The notes under the pieces: model-generated
Told to the model about the DNA's origin: nothing
Seen by the model: the letters and a program-made list of their open reading frames with translations, nothing else
Database searches by the model: none
Source of the DNA: Methylotenera sp.
GTDB lineage: Bacteria > Pseudomonadota > Gammaproteobacteria > Burkholderiales > Methylophilaceae
Length of the DNA: 64,000 bases
Direction of reading: 5' to 3'
Assembly: GCA_036567185.1 (NCBI GenBank)
Contig: DATCVB010000026.1
Coordinates: forward strand, 4,935-68,934
In this document: positions 60,086-64,000 of the stretch, piece by piece
How positions within the stretch are numbered: position 1 is the stretch's first letter
Layout of the letters: each line of letters begins with the position of its first letter
Translations under genes and position numbers: made by a program

Positions 60086-60649
60086 TTAAGCGCTCTCAAA
60101 CGCTTCGCAGAACTGACTTAATAACTGACCGAAAATCGGTAGTATTTCCTCAATATCGTGCGGGCTGTCATCATCTGTACCTGCAATCACAAACGCAATC
60201 ACCACTTTGTCGAGGTTCTCTCTGAACTCTACCCAATGTTCAACTTCAGCTTCGGCAATGAGCTGAAATTTATTAAAGCCTGATTCAATGATTTCAATCA
60301 GCTCAGCATCCGGCAAACCTGCAAACAGGGTCTTGGCAATTGTGATTTGTGCCGTTGAAAATTCAGGGTTGATATCTTCTCGCACCAGCGGCGTTGTGAA
60401 AAAAGCATAGTTCAGTAACGCAAAAGCCTGATAGACGCTCAACATGTCGAAGTTCTCGGTGCGCTCTTCCAGCGGCGAGCGCCCGGCAGACTGTATTGCC
60501 TTAAAAGTCACGTAACAGCTCAGGTAATCCGCGGCATTGAGCGCATCGTATTCATCCAGATTGGTGTTTGGAGTTTCATCATCACGTAACGAAGTAGCCA
60601 AACTCAAGGCGTGCATCAGTTTTAAACGTTGTGAGTATTGAATTTCCAT
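60086..60649 (-). CDS. Acidic hypothetical protein
   Basis: 187-aa ORF co-oriented with, and downstream of, the ABC-F gene. Confidence 0.7.
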   Translation of the reverse strand: MEIQYSQRLKLMHALSLATSLRDDETPNTNLDEYDALNAADYLSCYVTFKAIQSAGRSPLEERTENFDMLSVYQAFALLNYAFFTTPLVREDINPEFSTAQITIAKTLFAGLPDAELIEIIESGFNKFQLIAEAEVEHWVEFRENLDKVVIAFVIAGTDDDSPHDIEEILPIFGQLLSQFCEAFESA

Positions 60650-60685
60650 AATGGGTGTCCTGTTTATTTAAATTGAAAACTATCG

Positions 60686-62590
60686 TTAATCTAGTGCCGG
60701 AATCGCTTCCAGCTGCTCATGTAATTCCAGCCAGCGTTCTTCAGCAGTTTCCAGATTGCTTGCCAATTCTGCCTGTGTTTTTAATAACTGCTGTAATTCT
60801 GTTTTGTCAGATGCGTTATAAAGTTCAGTATCGTTTAAACGCTCATCGCAGACTTTTTTATCGGCCTGCATTTGCGCCATATTGCGCTCAATCTGCTCCA
60901 GCTCTTTCAGCAAAGGGCGGCGTTCGGCAATTCTGGCCTGACGTTCTGCCTTGCTCTGCGCCCTATCGTTCTTGTTTGGTTTATCCGGCGCTTGCGATTG
61001 TGCTGCCTGTTTCTCTTTTAAGCGCTGCTCGTTCAACCACTGGCTGTAATCTTCAAGATCACCGTCAAACGCCTCCGCTTTGCCGTCAGCTACCAGAATA
61101 AACTGGTCACAGCTGGCGCGCAGCAAGGCTCTATCATGCGACACTAATATTACGCCGCCTTCAAAATCCTGCAAGGCAAGCGTCAATGCGTGGCGCATTT
61201 CCAGATCCAGATGGTTGGTCGGTTCATCCAGCAGCAGCAGGTTCGGCCGCGTCCAGATCAATAATGCTAACGCAAGCCGTGATTTCTCACCACCTGAAAA
61301 ATTAGCGCAGGGTGACCTTGCCATATCGCCTTTAAAATCAAAACCACCTAAATAATTAAGGTGCTCCTGTTCACGCGTCAGCGGGTCCAGCTTCATCATG
61401 TGCTGCAGCGGAGATTCATCAGGCCGTAGCTGCTCAAGTTGGTGCTGTGCAAAATAACCGATGTTTAAATCCTTTCCTTCCACGCGCTTACCCGACATGG
61501 GTTCCAACTCATGCGCCAGCAGTTTAATCAGTGTAGTTTTACCCGCGCCGTTCTTGCCTAGCAAGCCTATACGCTCACCTGGCCGCACTGCCAGTTCTAT
61601 ATTGCTGATCAGTGGCTTATCGCCATAACCCACACTCATACGATCCAGCACCAGCAAAGGATCAGGAGCAGAAATCGGCGCCCTGAATTCAAAACTGAAT
61701 TGTGAATCCACGTGTGCAGCAGAAATCATCTCCATGCGTTCCAGCGCCTTGATACGACTTTGTGCCTGACGCGCTTTGGTCGCCTGCACACGGAAACGGT
61801 CAATATAACTTTGCAGATGCGCAACTTTGCGCTGTTGTTTCTCAAACATGGCTTGCTGCAAGGCAAGTTTTTCAGCACGCTGACGCTCGAAATCCGAGTA
61901 GCCGCCTTTATACAAAGTCAACGTTTGCTGCTCAATATGCGCAATGTGATTTACGATTGCATCCAGAAAGTCACGGTCATGCGAAATCAGGAACAAGGTA
62001 CCGCGATAGGTTTGCAGCCAGCTTTCCAGCCAGATTACAGCGTCAAGATCCAGATGGTTGGTAGGCTCATCCAGCAGCAATAAATCAGAACGGCACATCA
62101 GCGCCCGCGCCAGATTCAAACGTACACGCCAGCCACCGGAAAATGTAGAAACCGGCTGCAGTAATCCGGCCTGGCTAAAACCCAGTCCGCTCAGCAGTTC
62201 AGCCGCACGAGCTTTGGCACTATAACCATCAACATCGGCTAACCGCTGGTGCAGCTCTGCAATCAGCTCACCCTGATGATTAGCCTCGGCCTTAACCAAA
62301 GCCGCCTCAATTTCGCGCAACTCTACATCACCATCCAGTACAAACTCGATTGCCGGCATCGGCAATGCCGGGGTCTCCTGCGCCACATGTGCCACCACCC
62401 AGCTTGCTGGCATTTCAAAATCACCCTTTTCAGGGTGCAGTTCACCGCGCAGCATGGCAAAAAGTGAGGATTTTCCTGCGCCGTTCGCCCCAGTCAAACC
62501 AACTTTATGGCCTGGATGCAACTGCAAACTAGCACCCTCGATCAGGATTTTTGTGCCACGGGTTAATGTAAGTTGTTTAAATTGAATCAA
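60686..62590 (-). CDS. ABC-F family ATPase (YheS-like)
   Basis: Two ABC cassettes (GANGAGKS/FSGGW/LLLDEPTNHLD and GKNGAGKT/FSGGE), no TM segments, C-terminal coiled coil; TTG start at 62590. Confidence 0.92.
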   Translation of the reverse strand: MIQFKQLTLTRGTKILIEGASLQLHPGHKVGLTGANGAGKSSLFAMLRGELHPEKGDFEMPASWVVAHVAQETPALPMPAIEFVLDGDVELREIEAALVKAEANHQGELIAELHQRLADVDGYSAKARAAELLSGLGFSQAGLLQPVSTFSGGWRVRLNLARALMCRSDLLLLDEPTNHLDLDAVIWLESWLQTYRGTLFLISHDRDFLDAIVNHIAHIEQQTLTLYKGGYSDFERQRAEKLALQQAMFEKQQRKVAHLQSYIDRFRVQATKARQAQSRIKALERMEMISAAHVDSQFSFEFRAPISAPDPLLVLDRMSVGYGDKPLISNIELAVRPGERIGLLGKNGAGKTTLIKLLAHELEPMSGKRVEGKDLNIGYFAQHQLEQLRPDESPLQHMMKLDPLTREQEHLNYLGGFDFKGDMARSPCANFSGGEKSRLALALLIWTRPNLLLLDEPTNHLDLEMRHALTLALQDFEGGVILVSHDRALLRASCDQFILVADGKAEAFDGDLEDYSQWLNEQRLKEKQAAQSQAPDKPNKNDRAQSKAERQARIAERRPLLKELEQIERNMAQMQADKKVCDERLNDTELYNASDKTELQQLLKTQAELASNLETAEERWLELHEQLEAIPALD

Positions 62591-62838
62591 GTAATTACGC
62601 TCTAAATAATGGCAAGTCCGGCTAAAGCTCGTCAACCGAACTTTAATTAGGCCGCTATTCTAAATGATTCAGGTGCTAATTCTCATAAAACTTTCATTTT
62701 TAGCGCATAAAATGCATCCAGTATTCAGCTGGATTTACATAGTATTTACATCTGAAATGCCTTGTAAATCGCACCTAGCGACTGATATTGCAGTAAAATG
62801 CAGGCTTAACAAATAACTCAAATAAAATAGATTAAATA

Positions 62839-64000
62839 ATGCTTAAAAAATCCATGCTCTGGTTATGCCGTTCCGCACTATGGCTTGCCGGGGTTATGTT
62901 GTCCATCATACTGATTGCAGCATTGACCATTCAGTTCTGGGTCATGCCCAATATCGGCCAATACAAAAATGACATCGCCTCATTTGCAACAAAAGCGGTG
63001 GGGCAAAAAGTCACTATCGGCGACATCAAAGCGCATTGGCACGGAATTAACCCACAGCTTTCAATAAGTCATATTGATATTTTTGATGCAGAAAACCGTC
63101 TTGCCTTACAGCTTAAAAACACTGAAGCTTCGTTATCATGGCTAAGCATACCGATGCTGGAACCACGACTGGATGCGCTGACTATTAATGCGCCGGAACT
63201 TACTGTTCGCCGCATTGCATCTGGTGAAATTTTTGTCGCCGGCATCAGCATGAGCGGAGAATCCAGACCGGCATTACCCAACTGGCTGCTACGACAAAAT
63301 GCGGTAGAGATCACTCAAGCAAAAATTATCTGGCTTGATGAAAAACGTAACGCCCCCGCCCTCAGCCTGGACAATTTCAACCTGAGTCTACTTAGCCCGT
63401 TATGGAAGGGCCTGGTTAAGAATCACAGCTTCAAAATAAGTGCCATCCCTTCTGTCGGGACCAGAAACCCCATACTCGTCGACGGCAGTTTCTATGGTGA
63501 CGATATCAGCCAAACTCAGGAATGGGATGGCGTCATCAATCTGACATTAAAAAATACTGATCTGGCTGCATTTAAAACCTGGATTGATTATCCAATTGAT
63601 GTGCAGACCGGTGTTGGCAGCACGCATGTACAAGCGGACTTCAAGAACCATGAGCTGCAATCTGTCACCAGCAACGTTGACATTCAGAACTTGCAAATAC
63701 AAGCCAAACCAGACGTATCGCCAGTAAAACTGCATAAACTTAGCGGCAACCTGAACTGGGAAAACTTAAGCAAGTTTCAACTGCTTGGCACCACTGCAAC
63801 CAAAATTGGTTACACCATCAGTGTTGATCATTTATCTGCTAAAGCTGATAGCGGACTCAACCTGCAAGACCTCAAAGCCGACTACTCAAATACTACGGCT
63901 GGCAAGCAAACTTTCAACCTTGAACTCGCAAGCTTCAATCTGACTGGGATACAGGGATACCTTGCGCTACTGCCTTTACCCCCGTCATTACAGCAGCATA
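62839..64000 (+). CDS. yhdP: YhdP-family (AsmA-like) protein, truncated by the window end
   Basis: Own translation from ATG at 62839: MLKKSMLW..TM..FWVMPNIGQYK..VTIGDIKAHWHGINP..LSWLS..ELTVRR..IFVAGI..IIWLDE; no stop noticed before the window end. Confidence 0.8.
   Translation, partial: MLKKSMLWLCRSALWLAGVMLSIILIAALTIQFWVMPNIGQYKNDIASFATKAVGQKVTIGDIKAHWHGINPQLSISHIDIFDAENRLALQLKNTEASLSWLSIPMLEPRLDALTINAPELTVRRIASGEIFVAGISMSGESRPALPNWLLRQNAVEITQAKIIWLDEKRNAPALSLDNFNLSLLSPLWKGLVKNHSFKISAIPSVGTRNPILVDGSFYGDDISQTQEWDGVINLTLKNTDLAAFKTWIDYPIDVQTGVGSTHVQADFKNHELQSVTSNVDIQNLQIQAKPDVSPVKLHKLSGNLNWENLSKFQLLGTTATKIGYTISVDHLSAKADSGLNLQDLKADYSNTTAGKQTFNLELASFNLTGIQGYLALLPLPPSLQQH

Noticed and set aside
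60655..62532. Several plus-strand ORFs antisense to the ABC-F gene, and similar shadow ORFs across ppsA, acs, arg and prfC
   Set aside because: Shadow frames of strongly supported genes, with no motifs of their own
1..64000. CRISPR array, tRNA/rRNA genes, prophage or anti-phage defence genes
   Set aside because: No regularly spaced direct repeats, cloverleaf or rRNA signatures, or phage/defence motifs were seen by eye; not confirmed by software

Overview
A 64-kb chromosomal segment from a methylotrophic betaproteobacterium. Gene content and order point to Methylophilaceae (Methylotenera-like); this is an inference. In order, it holds: (i) a surface-polysaccharide locus with two GT4 transferases, ugd, two polytopic membrane proteins, a membrane protein with a winged-helix-like tail, gtrA-like, gtrB-like, UDP-glucuronate decarboxylase and manC; (ii) the H4MPT C1-transfer cluster mptG-mtdB-orfY-mch-orf5-orf7; (iii) ppsA-ppsR, glutathione peroxidase, crcB, glgA, orn, an M48 peptidase, a frameshifted c-type cytochrome, rsgA and an HDAC-family gene; (iv) a Cache/PAS/GGDEF diguanylate cyclase with a complete IS3-family element 12 bp upstream; (v) queD, rfbBACD, dnaQ-rnhA and argDFG; (vi) a Rieske oxygenase, a DMT transporter, a NarL-type two-component pair, dhaLK, glnE, acs, an orphan effector-like gene, prfC, ychJ, an ABC-F ATPase and the start of yhdP. 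The most notable observations are a self-contained Gtr-type operon that probably adds xylose, a candidate sigma54-driven small RNA with anti-Shine-Dalgarno motifs, two miniature palindromic elements that share a core but have different terminal repeats and both sit 2-3 bp upstream of start codons, a cytochrome c hidden by a homopolymer frameshift, a non-canonical start or frameshift junction at mtdB/orfY, and an (AT)12 perfect palindrome. No rRNA, tRNA or CRISPR array was seen. All family calls come from motif recognition, not database searches.
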